The notes under the pieces: model-generated
Seen by the model: the letters and a program-made list of their open reading frames with translations, nothing else
Database searches by the model: none
What the model was told of the DNA's origin: nothing
In this document: positions 1 through 10,829 of the stretch, in pieces
Layout of the letters: every line of letters starts with the position of its first letter
How positions within the stretch are numbered: the first letter of the stretch is position 1
Position numbers and translations under genes: made by a program
Assembly: GCA_051294375.1 (NCBI GenBank)
Contig: CM119270.1
Location: 9,931,205-9,995,204 of the forward strand
Direction of reading: 5' to 3'
Source: Paraspadella gotoi
Taxonomy: Eukaryota > Animalia > Chaetognatha
Length of the DNA: 64,000 bases

Positions 1-572
1 TTTTCGTTTTAAGGCAATTCCGTTGACGCATTGCTTGCGTCTGCTGATGGAGGATTTGGTCTTTCCGTGGCTGAGGCGAGTCTCACGTTTATATCATAAA
101 TCATTTAGAAAAGTTTTTCAATTTTATTTTCAAGAGATGCTGCGGATTTCGAGGCGGCGGCATCGTGAAAGGCATCGTCACGGTCGTTGTCATAATTTAT
201 ATAAAAATATATCATCGCAGGAGTATCAAGCCACCAAAATCGAATCGGATCGGAGGCTTGGGCGAAATGGAATCGCCGAATCCTGATTGGTCAAGCACGA
301 ACGGAATCGACCAATCAGCTTGCAGAATCATTGAATTGTAAATTTTACCCACGTTGCCGATCCTCTTCCCAAGATATAAATAGACTTAGCTTGTTCTAGT
401 TTCAGTAGAATTGATCAAGACTCCTGCGCGCGTCTCACCGTCACCTTTATTCTCAGAATAAAACTTCTTCTTCTTCTATATAAAATAGAATATATATATA
501 GCTAATAATATTTTGTGCCGCTCTTATTTTTAAAAAGTAATATATGGTGGAGTAAAATCTACCAATTCATCA

Positions 573-645
573 GCGGCCATTGGTGCCGGAGGCAAGTCAT
601 TCGCCTCCCAACCCAAAGGTCCGGGGATCTAGCCTGGTGATCGCC
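573..645 (+). ncRNA. tRNA-derived (Gly-like) Pol III head of family 1; not a functional tRNA
   Basis: Acceptor-like GCGGCCA/TGRTCGC, A-box-like TGGTGCCGGAGG, B-box GGTTCTAGYC in sister copies, TCGCCTCCCA reminiscent of tRNA-Gly; anticodon stem does not pair. Confidence 0.6.
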
Positions 646-891
646 TAGCAGTTAAGAGGGACTTCCGAACACATCATCAACAACAACACTTTCAGGCAAC
701 ATGCCTCAACCTGTTGATGCACTTTCCACCAACAACAATTCACAGAAGAGAAGCAAAAGTCTTCTCCCTATGGGAGTGGGGATGTATGGTGGACTAAAAT
801 CTACCAACCGTTTATCAGCGGCCATTGGTGCCCGAGGCAAGTCATTCGCCTCCTAACCCAAAGGTCCGGGGTTCTAGTCCGGTGGTCGTCT

Positions 892-958
892 AGAGGGATG
901 GGGCGCTTAATCCGCCTGTAACAGGGTGTTACCGCCTGATCCGAAGCTCAGGGATTGC
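892..958 (+). ncRNA. Type-P5 twister ribozyme fold, family 1 (5' P5 strand deleted in this copy)
   Basis: GAGG-GATGG-GGCGCT-T^AA-TCC-GCC-TGTAAC(loop)GTTAC-G-CCTGA-TCCGAAGC-TCAGG-GATTGC; predicted cleavage 908/909. Confidence 0.7.
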
Positions 959-1010
959 TTATATTGAACGGTTCTGTCACTAACATTTATTTTTTAAATT
1001 TTTATTCTAG

Positions 1011-1159
1011 GGACCGAAGGCAAGCCGTCCCTGTCTCAATTGTCAAAAATGATTTACACGAACGCGTTTATGGACGAAGTACAACGAATCTCATGTGTTG
1101 CCGATTCCGTCATTCCGCATAGATCCCTCAGTGACGCCACGATCTTCAACGGCTACACG
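1011..1159 (+). CDS. Cytochrome P450 (CYP2-clan-like), internal exon with K-helix ExxR
   Basis: tttattctag| acceptor, |gtgaaa donor; encodes GTEGKPSLSQLSKMIYTNAFMDEVQRISCVADSVIPHRSLSDATIFNGYT (EVQR = ExxR; PH motif). Upstream exons were not found in the window. Confidence 0.93.
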
Positions 1160-1800
1160 GTGAAAAACAATGAACCGACGTATTTATGTGTTTTTTATCG
1201 CGAATACGGTATTTTAATCGTCAGAATTAGTTGTCATTTAAAACTGTGCGACAGGGAAGCTTCACAAAGATTAAACCAGGGACGTCCAGAAATGGCAGTC
1301 GAGAAATGGCATTATTTTAGTAGCTCCTTGAGTACTCACAGAGCAATTTGGTCGGTCGGTTGGTCTGTCCGGCTCTCCGTCGATCTGTCAAGTCATTATG
1401 AATAATAATTGGCATGAGATCCTTTAATTAACTGTAATGTAGAAGATGAAAAATAGTAATAATAAAAGTGAGGAGAGGTGAAGAATTGTGAAGAATTATG
1501 ACGATGTAAGAGAAGTAGAAAAGAAGTGAGTCTAGCTCTCTCCTGATCCACTTTTATCATCGCCCGGACCAACTTGACCTTACGGTCGCCTCGGCGCTAT
1601 TACTGTGTCCGGTCAAACTAAGGTCTTTGCCAAAGCTCGGGCAAAGTGACCGTGTGGAAAAGACTGGCTCGGAGAAAGAGGAGAGAGGAAGGGTTTTGAG
1701 AGAGAGACCGGTGGTAAGTCGCCTCAATAACAACATGATCGCCTTGAGATGCTATCACAAAAAAAAAGTTAATTCGCCCAAACCCCATTTTTGTCTTCAG

Positions 1801-1958
1801 ATCACGAAAGAGGAAAGCGTCTGGGCGAACATTTGGGCAGCGCATCACGATCCCAACTTGTGGGACGAACCGGAGGAGTTTAGACCCGAACGATTCATTG
1901 ACGGCGAAGGAAGATATTCGAAAAATCCCAACCTCATCACATTTTCCGTCGGCGCGAG
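1801..1958 (+). CDS. Cytochrome P450 exon with PERF motif and start of heme-binding loop
   Basis: ttgtcttcag| ... gcgag|gtagaa; ITKEESVWANIWAAHHDPNLWDEPEEFRPERFIDGEGRYSKNPNLITFSVGAR. Confidence 0.95.
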
Positions 1959-2310
1959 GTAGAAATTTCTTTTTTTTTACTTTTAATACTCTGTAGTAAC
2001 GAATCATACATAACATTAATCCCAAAACTAACTCTCCCCTGCACTTCTCCCTAATTCAATCTAATTAGAACTAGAACACTAGGGCAGAAAGTATTTTTAA
2101 CCGTGGGGTTCACTCGATTTCCAGAAGACAACACTAACTTCTCTCTCCCCAACATAATAAAATGTGTTAAGTAACTCTGTTAATTATGTTTAAATAATTA
2201 AAATAATATAGAATATAAATAAGTTTTTTAAAATTAAGTGTCAAAAAGTATAACAAGTAATCTTTCAAGTTTTATATATGAGGAATATAACGAATTCTCA
2301 TCAATTTTAG

Positions 2311-2488
2311 GCGCTGCATCGGAGAAAAACTGGCGACAATGGAACAATTTCTTTTCACTGTTCGTCTCGTGCAGAGATTGGATTTTCGTTGCACGACAGA
2401 CTTGCCCGACACCTATGGAGAACTCACCCTCGCCCGTCATCCAGGATTTTATCAAGTCAAAGCTTCGACCAGACAATTTCATTCTTAA
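2311..2488 (+). CDS. Cytochrome P450 terminal exon with heme-ligand Cys
   Basis: caattttag|g cgc tgc atc gga gaa; the phase-2 join completes FSVGARRCIGEKLATMEQFLF (FxxGxRxCxG); ends ...STRQFHS-TAA at 2486-2488. Confidence 0.95.
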
Positions 2489-2803
2489 ACTTTTTTGGTA
2501 ATCTATATTTTTGATGCGTACGTATAGCCATTAACCAACAAAAACTGGTGAGAGTTCATTACTTTTGTATGCATTTAACAATATGTAAAGTAATGTTACA
2601 TAGTTTAAAAAATTCAAGTGTCATCAAATCGGATATCCGATTTGATGTCATAAAAGTAAAAACTTAATCATTGTTCCTGCTGGTTTCATCACAACTTTTT
2701 CGGAGACATATATGTATCCTGACTCAAATTCAAAAGTGGTTTTCGTTGTCCCTGATAATTATTTTCATTTAGTATGATAATACATAGATTTTAACCTGCA
2801 CGT

Positions 2804-3093
2804 TGTGGCGGTATATTCACACCGCCTCACGTCCACCATCCTACAGCCAAATCCATTGGCTCAGAGGGGGATCACACCATCCCAAGTGTAGTGTTCCATC
2901 CACAGTCCTAATGACTTCCCTCTGCGTTGGCAAAGCGAGACCGTCCTAGGGTAACCGCGCCAGTGACTGGAAGCGTCACTGAGGGTCAGAAGCCCCCAAA
3001 GCCAATAGCGAGATGCCCCATCCCAATGGGCATCACAGGCAACCCGGCTGTTGCCATAAGTGGTGAGCCCTACTATCGAACACGCAGCCTTCT
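2804..3093 (+). mobile_element. Twister-retrozyme-like family 2 copy (interrupted by a TIR element at 3094)
   Basis: Homologous to 18493-18725, 20058-20687(-) and 27042-27486; A-box-like TGGCTCAGAGGG 2857-2868, B-box-like GTTCCATCC 2893-2901. Confidence 0.88.
2926..3006 (+). ncRNA. Type-P5 twister ribozyme fold, family 2
   Basis: P5 GTTGGC/GCCAAT; AAA; P2' GCGA; GACCG; P1 TCCTAGGG; T^AA; P2 CCGC; GCC; P3 AGTGAC/GTCACT; G; P4 (A)GGG/CCC(C); L4 TCAGAAGC (TCGG in sister copies); predicted cleavage 2952/2953. Confidence 0.8.
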
Positions 3094-6093
3094 CAGTAGC
3101 GCGGAGCATAAATACAAGATATGATATATGACCTCTTGTGTCCCCTTAATTTTTTGTATTTGTTATAATACTAAGCCCCAAGATAAAAAAAATGAAAATT
3201 CGCTCGCTCAATTTTCCCATTCTATCGATTTTATTAAGCAATTTGATGCAAAAAAATTGTAAAAAAATAGCAAAATTTGATATCAAAGAAAGCTGATTAA
3301 GTTCACTTTTTTAAGTGAAATATTGCTAAAACAAAGAATTAAAACCCGTTTTCATCCATAAAAATTTAAAAAAATATGTTTATATAAATATTGAGTGATT
3401 TGAAAAGTATTTTCATAAAATATTGTTAAAAATTAAGCAAAATGGAAAATAAGTACCAAGCCACATAACGCAGTCAATATCCTTTTTAAAGCTTATAAAA
3501 GCTTTTAGTAGCTACATTAAACTTTATACAGCTTATAATAAGCTTTACTAAAAATATTAATTGACTTACCATAGGCCTTACCCATTACCACTCTCCCTCC
3601 CTTCCGTAGATCGCTCTGGCCGATCTGTCTTCTTTTTTTATCAAAATGAAAAAAATTCTCATGAAAGATTGGTTAGATCGTTTTAAATAAGAACTACCCT
3701 GTTAATTATTAGTACAATTAATAATAATAATAATAATAATAACTATTACAATTTGTTCAGCAAAATTAATTTTAGATCAGAAGATGTTTTATCACTATTT
3801 TCATAAACCTCTATCAATTTTAACATTTTGTTGGCTCATTTTAGTCTGTATAACAAGGATATTAATTTCTTACAATAAATAAATATAATCCTAAAATGTA
3901 TTGACACTCGTGGCGGCGTGTTGGCATGCCCATAGGGAGAAAAAGGGCTCGACGTCGACTACGCTTTGTTGGAAGCTTTATCTCTCTGATTCACTCACTC
4001 ACACACTCTCTCTCTCTCTCTATGAGTCTCTCTCTCTGAAGAGAACTTCTGTCTCAACGCTTGCGGTCCGGGCGTTTGAAGAGTCGCTCGTCCAAAAAAA
4101 TCGCTGAGAATTTCCCAAAAGTCTAAACGTTTATTCTCGGTGACAGAAGTGGCAAATACGTGACAATAACGTGACAAAATAAGTCGCGAAAAATAACCGT
4201 TTTCGGACGAGCAACGACTTTCCGAAGTGTGGTTCTAAAACGACTGAAAAGCGGATCATAAAAATTCTAAAAGTAAACGTTCAAAAATGAACAACGTTAT
4301 AAACGGGCCGACATTAAGAGAGAGAAAAAAATGACCCTAAAAAATGATACGAAAAACGAGGCGAATTTCTCTTCACTCTCTCTCTCTTTCACAACTTTAA
4401 ACTTGCCAATTTTTTGTAATTAAAACTACAAATATGCACTGATTGAAGAACGAAATGACGTTCAAAACATGTCAAATAATAAATAAATTCGTTGTGAAAA
4501 TCCGAAATTTCTAAATCTTTTACCAACGAAATGAAAGAAAAACCAACAGATTATGAAGACGAAAAAGAAAGTGAACTGGAATATCCCGATTTTTTTTATG
4601 TAAAGCATTGTTTACGAGCCTTTACGTCGACGTTTTTAACTCGTCAACACGTTTTTATTATAATAAACAAGTTTGAAACTTTGATCGTCGCCATTTTTAA
4701 AGTGAGTAAGAAAGTGGGGCAACTCAAACGTAAATGTTATTTTATTCTTCACATTCAATTGTCTTCGCGTAAAACGTTCGAGACAAGACCCAGTTATTGC
4801 CCCGTTGTCAGGTCCAATGGCTAGGTTTGTTTAAATGACATGACTGGCAAAGTTGGCTTAAGTTTGATAATCGCTATCGTTTTTATTTTCTGACCTTTTT
4901 TTTTTTTTAGCTAAAATATTTTCTAAATGCTTTTATTAACATAATAAAGTTTTGGGAACCTCTTACATATTTAGATATCATTTCCTCATTTAAAATATTT
5001 AATGATCAAAACATCATTCGTAAACTAGATGGATAACCACCAAAACATTGTGTTAGCCCAACTTGCGTGCTTTTGAAAGGGTTCAGCCATCCCGTGACAA
5101 GCGAGGCTTAGGCCTTGCGCGCCCAAAGGCCTGGCTATGGAAAATAGAGGTGGAGATTAAGCCAAAACACTCTGATCTTGAATAACCATTTTCATTTACT
5201 TAATTTTATTGTTGATATCAGTTTTAGTTTTTGACACTCTGCTTTAAAAGTGTTTTGTTTCATGCTTTTGTTTTTTATCATTTTTAATTGTGTCAAATAA
5301 GAGAGTTTTTAACATTTACAAACAATAGATTTGGTAAATATTAAAAATAATCTCTCTAACTCTGTTCTTATCTCAAACTCACTAAAATGGAAGAAAAAAA
5401 GAATATCAGACTTGACTTAAAGGCAACAATAGTGTAAAGTAGCCACCGTGGGTGAAATGCCTGATGCTTTTTATATCATAAACAAAACCTTTTTAATAAT
5501 TTATTTTTATTTTTGTTATATTATAAAAGTTTTAAACACCATTTGAATAAATACACAGATCCATAAATTTATTAGTTTTCTAATCGCCTTAGTTTATTAT
5601 TTCGCTTTATTTTTTGTGGTTCAAAAAAATGAAAAACTTTAAATATTAATAGATAAAGTAACTTTTTACAAATGAAAACAGCTATATAACTCCTTATTTC
5701 ATATATATTTGATTTCAACTATTTGATTAACCATCTTTCCTATTATTTGAATTTTTTGGTATTTTTCCCCCAAAATACAATTTTTTAATAATATTTAAAC
5801 ATTATTTGATACAAGTTTTTTATATTTATATAGTTGAAAAGAGTTTTAAATACTTGGATTTAGCTATATTTTAGAAAAATTAATAATACTAACCACTTTA
5901 ATTTTATTTTTAAATTTGCTATTTTTTTCGATTTTTTTGCATCTTATCGCATTATAAAATCAATAGAACGGGAAAATTGGCCAAGCGAATTTTTAATTTT
6001 TTGATCTTAGGGAATAGTTTACATGTGTTTCAAAAAATTAGGAGGGCACAAGATGTCCTTTATTATTTCTTGTATTTATACTCCGCGCTACTG
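3094..6093. mobile_element. 3.0-kb non-autonomous DNA transposon with long imperfect TIRs and 3-bp TSD
   Basis: Ends CAGTAGCGCGGAGCATAAATACAAGA / TCTTGTATTTATACTCCGCGCTACTG; inverted similarity continues ~350 bp; flanked by TCT on both sides; no transposase ORF seen. Confidence 0.85.
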
Positions 6094-9000
6094 TCTAGGG
6101 GAACGGTAAGTACTGTAGTTTAAACTCCAGCATGTGCAGCACTTTTTTAGGAAAAACCCCTTCTGAATCTATCAATCTATGAATGCTCTTTGTCTTACAG
6201 ACTGTTTGAAGGATACTACCAAACATGCTTATTAGAAACTGTGTTAAATGTTATGCCTTACCCTTTATGAAATTGGTACAACCAATATAAAAATTATCCA
6301 TCTTAAATAAATAGCTATCTTGCCCTGACTTGACAGCTGTGTGGCTTTAGGCCTCCATCACTCTTAAAATATATAGCATAGCAGTCCTACAGTCTTCAAT
6401 CAAACTCCTCACAGTGCTCGTTTATTCACTCCCAGAATTTACCTGGTCCCCTATCCAATGAAGTGAAAATTATTTCAGAAGAATTTTCAATTGTATGGAA
6501 AAACCATCCCTAATAGTATTAGACGGGGACATACGTATTGTAGTCCCACTAGCTCAAAATACAAGAGCTGAAATTTTATTCGTAATCTCTTAAGCATCAT
6601 CCATCTATAACTCATTTTTACGGTCCGTCGCTCCACCCCTCTAATATTGTCTCGGAGCACCACACTCTATATATGTCAGAACATCTAATTATGATAAATT
6701 ATGCCAAAAAAAATGATGTCGTCCTCCTCGTCCTGTCCGATCCGTCCCTTCGTCCGTCCGCCGTCCCACCTTAGCAATAAAAACACCACAATATACGTAT
6801 TGATGGATGGATTTAATCACCATTTTGTTCGTATAGTAGTGTGGTGATGAGCGATAGTGAAGTTCGATGGAACGTCGAGGAAATGAGTTAACATGGACAA
6901 TTACCACACACAATATTTTCACTATTTGAACACCAAGCTCTAACAGGGGGCTGATTGACTGAATATTGGGTAGAAGTATGTGATTGAAAGGAAATCAAGT
7001 TTCGATGGAATTAGTGTGAGTTAATGCACTTTATTAATGCAAAAAAACAATAAACTGAATCTTCTCATTTTGNNNNNNNNNNNNNNNNNNNNNNNNNTAA
7101 TACCAAAATAGCTATATAAAAAATGCGCTTATCTAATTCATATTGCGTATTAATATTGAAGATGAAATTCAAAAAATTCTTTAAATTTTAATAAAAATGA
7201 ACTCAAAGATTTTAATGAGAAATATCTTAATTTTAAACAAATAATAAATTAATCTTTTACAAGCGCGATTGAAAAAATTTGGCAAAATTGCCAATGAAAC
7301 AATTTAACATTATTTTGCCTTTCTTTATTCTTTAAATTATACTATGACGCCTCGCCCTTATTACTTCCGTTATACTGTTAGTGTTAGCCATCTTATTTTT
7401 TTAGCGTTAAAATAAAAAACTTAAACTTACAGTTAGCTATATTATTCTTGTGTATCTGTACATTACACTTACGTGATTATAGTGTTTTTTGTTCTTTAGC
7501 GTCTCCATGTCTTTTTGTGTATCTTTTAGCGTCTTCATTTTCGATTTTTAGTCTCTTTGTCGTGTTTTATTAGATCTTACATTACGTGATAGTGTTTTTT
7601 ATTCTTGTTGCTTCATGATTTTTTGTGTATCTGTTAGCCGTCTCATTTTTTTAATTAGTATCTTTTTCTGTTATCTGCTTACTTATCATATTTGATATTT
7701 CTATTCAATAGTAATTGGTCCCTCTGCCGTTATTAACTATTGATACAAATATAATTTTAGGAATGTTATATGTTATACTCCAGGCATTAAAGCTTATATG
7801 AACTTGTTTATAAAATTAAAACCGTTGAATATAAACATGTTTGTAATTTTTAGTTTATTTTTGCTCATGTTTTTCAATAATGCTTTTATATTTTCATGTT
7901 TTGTTCTTGTTTTCATATTTTTGTTTTTGTTTTTTACCATATTCTGTTGAACTTTTTATTAACATATTTTCGTTTATCTATTATATTTTTGTTTTGTTCT
8001 TTTTGTCATATTTTGTTTTTATTGTTTACGCATTATCAAAAAAAATAAATTACAATTTAAAATAAAACTATTGCTTTCTTGACATTTGACATTTTTCCGT
8101 TTTTTATTTTCCATTTATATTTTTACATTTGATCCTTAACACGTTCTTGAATTATTTTTTGATAGTTTTAGAATAGTTCATAAAGCAGTTATTAATGATT
8201 TAAACGTTAGTGTCGTTTTTTTTATTGAATTCAAATATGTAGTTTAGGTTATATACTTGTTTCTCCAGTCGATGAACGTCCTTGAACAATTATTTTTTAT
8301 AGTTTCTTATGAATTAGTTCCATAACATTTATTATATGATTTAAACGTTATTTTGTATATTCTTATCTGAATTGAGTCATAACATTTATTAATATTCTAT
8401 AAACGTTAGTCTTTTGTTTTTATTGAATTTCATATAACATAGTTTAGTTTTCCAGTCTTTTACACTGTTGACTGTTATGATTTGTTGTCAATATGTTTTG
8501 TATTAAGAAAAAAAAAAAAAAAAAAAATATTACTGTCGTCCGGTCAATCTAAGCGTCATGCCAAAGCTAGGCAAAGGACCGTGTTGAATTAGACCGGCAC
8601 GAGAAGAGAGGAGAAGAAGGTTAAGAGAGTAAGACGAGGTAAATAAGTCGCACTCTATATATATATTTGTCATCTCTTCTCTCTCTCTCATGCTACGATT
8701 CATGCCTGGATCGTTCTTTTTTTTGGAAATAATCTGATGATTTTTTTCTTTCTTAAAACTTTTATTAACATTTATTCCGCGCTTTTTTTCACATACAAAA
8801 TCCCAATTTTATCGAGATTTCTTCGGATTTTTGAATAAAATGTTTAAATATCTTACTTGCCACATTTTCAACCAACTATGTCGAGAACTGATGACCTAAT
8901 AGACGCTTTTGATTGCAACCGAAACGTTCGTATATAAAAAAAAATCAACTTGACCGAGATTAGTCGCCGGTTTGCTAGGGCAACGGATAACGATATACGG

Positions 9001-10829
9001 AGAGTGAACCTAATATTGCGTATCGTTGGCGGAAAACTTTCTGTCTCTCTCTCTCACCTCTCTCTCTCTTTCTCTCCTCTCTCTCCTTTCTCTTCTCCCT
9101 CTCTCTCTCTCTCTTTTTTTACAAAAAACATTTTTTAGCACTTTTTTTCACCACGACGAGCAAACGATATTAAACGATTCCAAGCTCTTCCTCTCTCTCT
9201 CTCTCTCTCTTCTTCTTCTCTTTCTATCTTTTTCTTCTCGTCTCTCTCTATCTTCTCTCCTCTCTCTCTCTCTCCCTCTCCTACTCCTCTCTCTCTCCTC
9301 TTCTCTCTCTCTCTTTCCCTCTCTCTCTCTACTATCTCTATTTTTATTTTTAGTCTCTTTTTTTTTCACCACCTCCACTCGGCGACGAGGTAAACGATTC
9401 CGGCAACTGCGGCAGGCGTCAGTCAGCTTCTTTCTCTCCTCTCTCTCCTCCTCTCTCTCCCTTTCTCTCTGTCGTCTCCTCTCTCTGTACGATCTCTAGA
9501 TAAGTAAAAAATATTAAAATGACATGGCAATTGTCACATGTCATCAGCTAATGTGACATGTAGCGATACCTGTATGTATGTAGTATCATTTTCTAAAAAA
9601 TAATTTTTTTTTTTTATTATTACTAGTAACTTATGGAGCCGTCGGCCCACTTTATGCAAATTATATCTAAAATAGGAGTCGAGAAGAGAAATATATCAAA
9701 ATAAACATTACTTTTTTTTATTCTGAATACAATTTGTACTATTATTAAATGTATAAATATTTTAAGGATATATTAATTCATTTTTATCTTTTAAAATAAT
9801 AAGATTATGTGGAGTTTTGTTAACTATTTATAAATTAATTAAATTAGAAATATAAAATTGAACCTCCGGTTGTTCTTCCTAAAAAAGAACAATAAAAATT
9901 TCATTCAAGCATTAACAATTTAATTAAAATGAGGAAAATAAATTTTTTTTTTGATAAGTAAAAAAAAATTGAAATCAAAAAATATCATTATCGTTAACTG
10001 AGTATGTTCAACTAGTATATTTTGTTAATAGGGATATTTATTTATTTCTATTCACGTCTAAATATTTTGTTGCGTCCTCTCTGTCCTCGCTCTCTCTCCG
10101 TCTCTTTTCTTTCTCTCTTGTGTGTCTCTCTCTTTGTCTCTCTCTGTCTCTCTATCTGTTGTCTGTCTCTCTCTGTATGATCTTTGCGGGGGGAAAAATT
10201 TCGGATTTTTTCCGTTTTTTTTTTAAAAAAAATTTTTTTCTTTGATTTATTTTTTTTTTTTTCTTAATTAAAAAAACTTTTATATCGCCATTTATTATTT
10301 ATCTCAATACAAGAATCCCAAAATACAAAACACTTACCTAGATTTCGTGGGTCGTGCGGGCAACGAGTAAACAATGTCAAGAACAATAAAAAAATCCAAT
10401 GACCCAATTTCACGACGCTTGCGAGGCAACGCGATAACGATATAAACGAATACCTATAATTGCGTTCTCGTTGTGGAAAATCTCTCTCCTCTCTCTCTTA
10501 TTTCCGCTCTCTTCTCTTGTCTCACTCTCTCTCCCTCTTTTCTCTCTCTCTCTCTCTCTCCTTCTCTCTCTCCTCTTTCTACTCCTTTTTTTGTTTATCA
10601 TAAAAAAAATTCTTATTAAGTTGTTTTGCTTTTCTTTTGATGGATCATGCATTGCCGAACCCGAGCCTTTGGTATTGAGGTAGGAGCTCGCGACTAGCTG
10701 CTCCTTTCTCCGGTACGATTCAGCTTCTCTCTCTCTTAAATTAGTATGTTCTTCTCGCTCTCTCTTCTCCGTCGCTGTTCTTCTGATTCTGATTTAGTGA
10801 CGTTCAGTCTCGTTCGTGTCTCTATATTC

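Larger units (their letters stand above)
543..986 (+). mobile_element. Twister-retrozyme-like family 1, tandem copy (head - spacer - head - twister - tail)
   Basis: Two tRNA-like heads (573-645, 818-890) each preceded by TATGGTGG..ACCA; homologous to 50550-51066(-), 49442-49540(-) and 56323-56540(-). Confidence 0.85.

Noticed and set aside
1-320. GC-rich blocks and opposed CCAAT boxes (~286, ~310) suggesting exons or a promoter
   Set aside because: No recognisable protein in any frame and truncated by the window edge, so it cannot be supported.
573-645. Functional tRNA-Gly gene
   Set aside because: The anticodon and T arms do not pair properly, and the sequence is embedded in a dispersed repeat with variable copies.
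5078-5142. HDV-like ribozyme candidate (AGGCCTT/AAGGCCT stem followed by GGCTATGG)
   Set aside because: Could not build convincing P1, P3 and P1.1 pairings.
6088-6111. TAC TGT CTA GGG GAA CG|GTAAG reads YCLGER, like a P450 heme-loop exon
   Set aside because: It is created by the transposon end plus TSD and has no acceptor; the true exon (RCIGEK) is at 2311.
9026-9499. Long Leu/Ser- or Arg/Glu-rich ORFs (also 16056-16622, 17911-18185, 29411-29947)
   Set aside because: Translations of (CT)n/(GA)n and other simple repeats.
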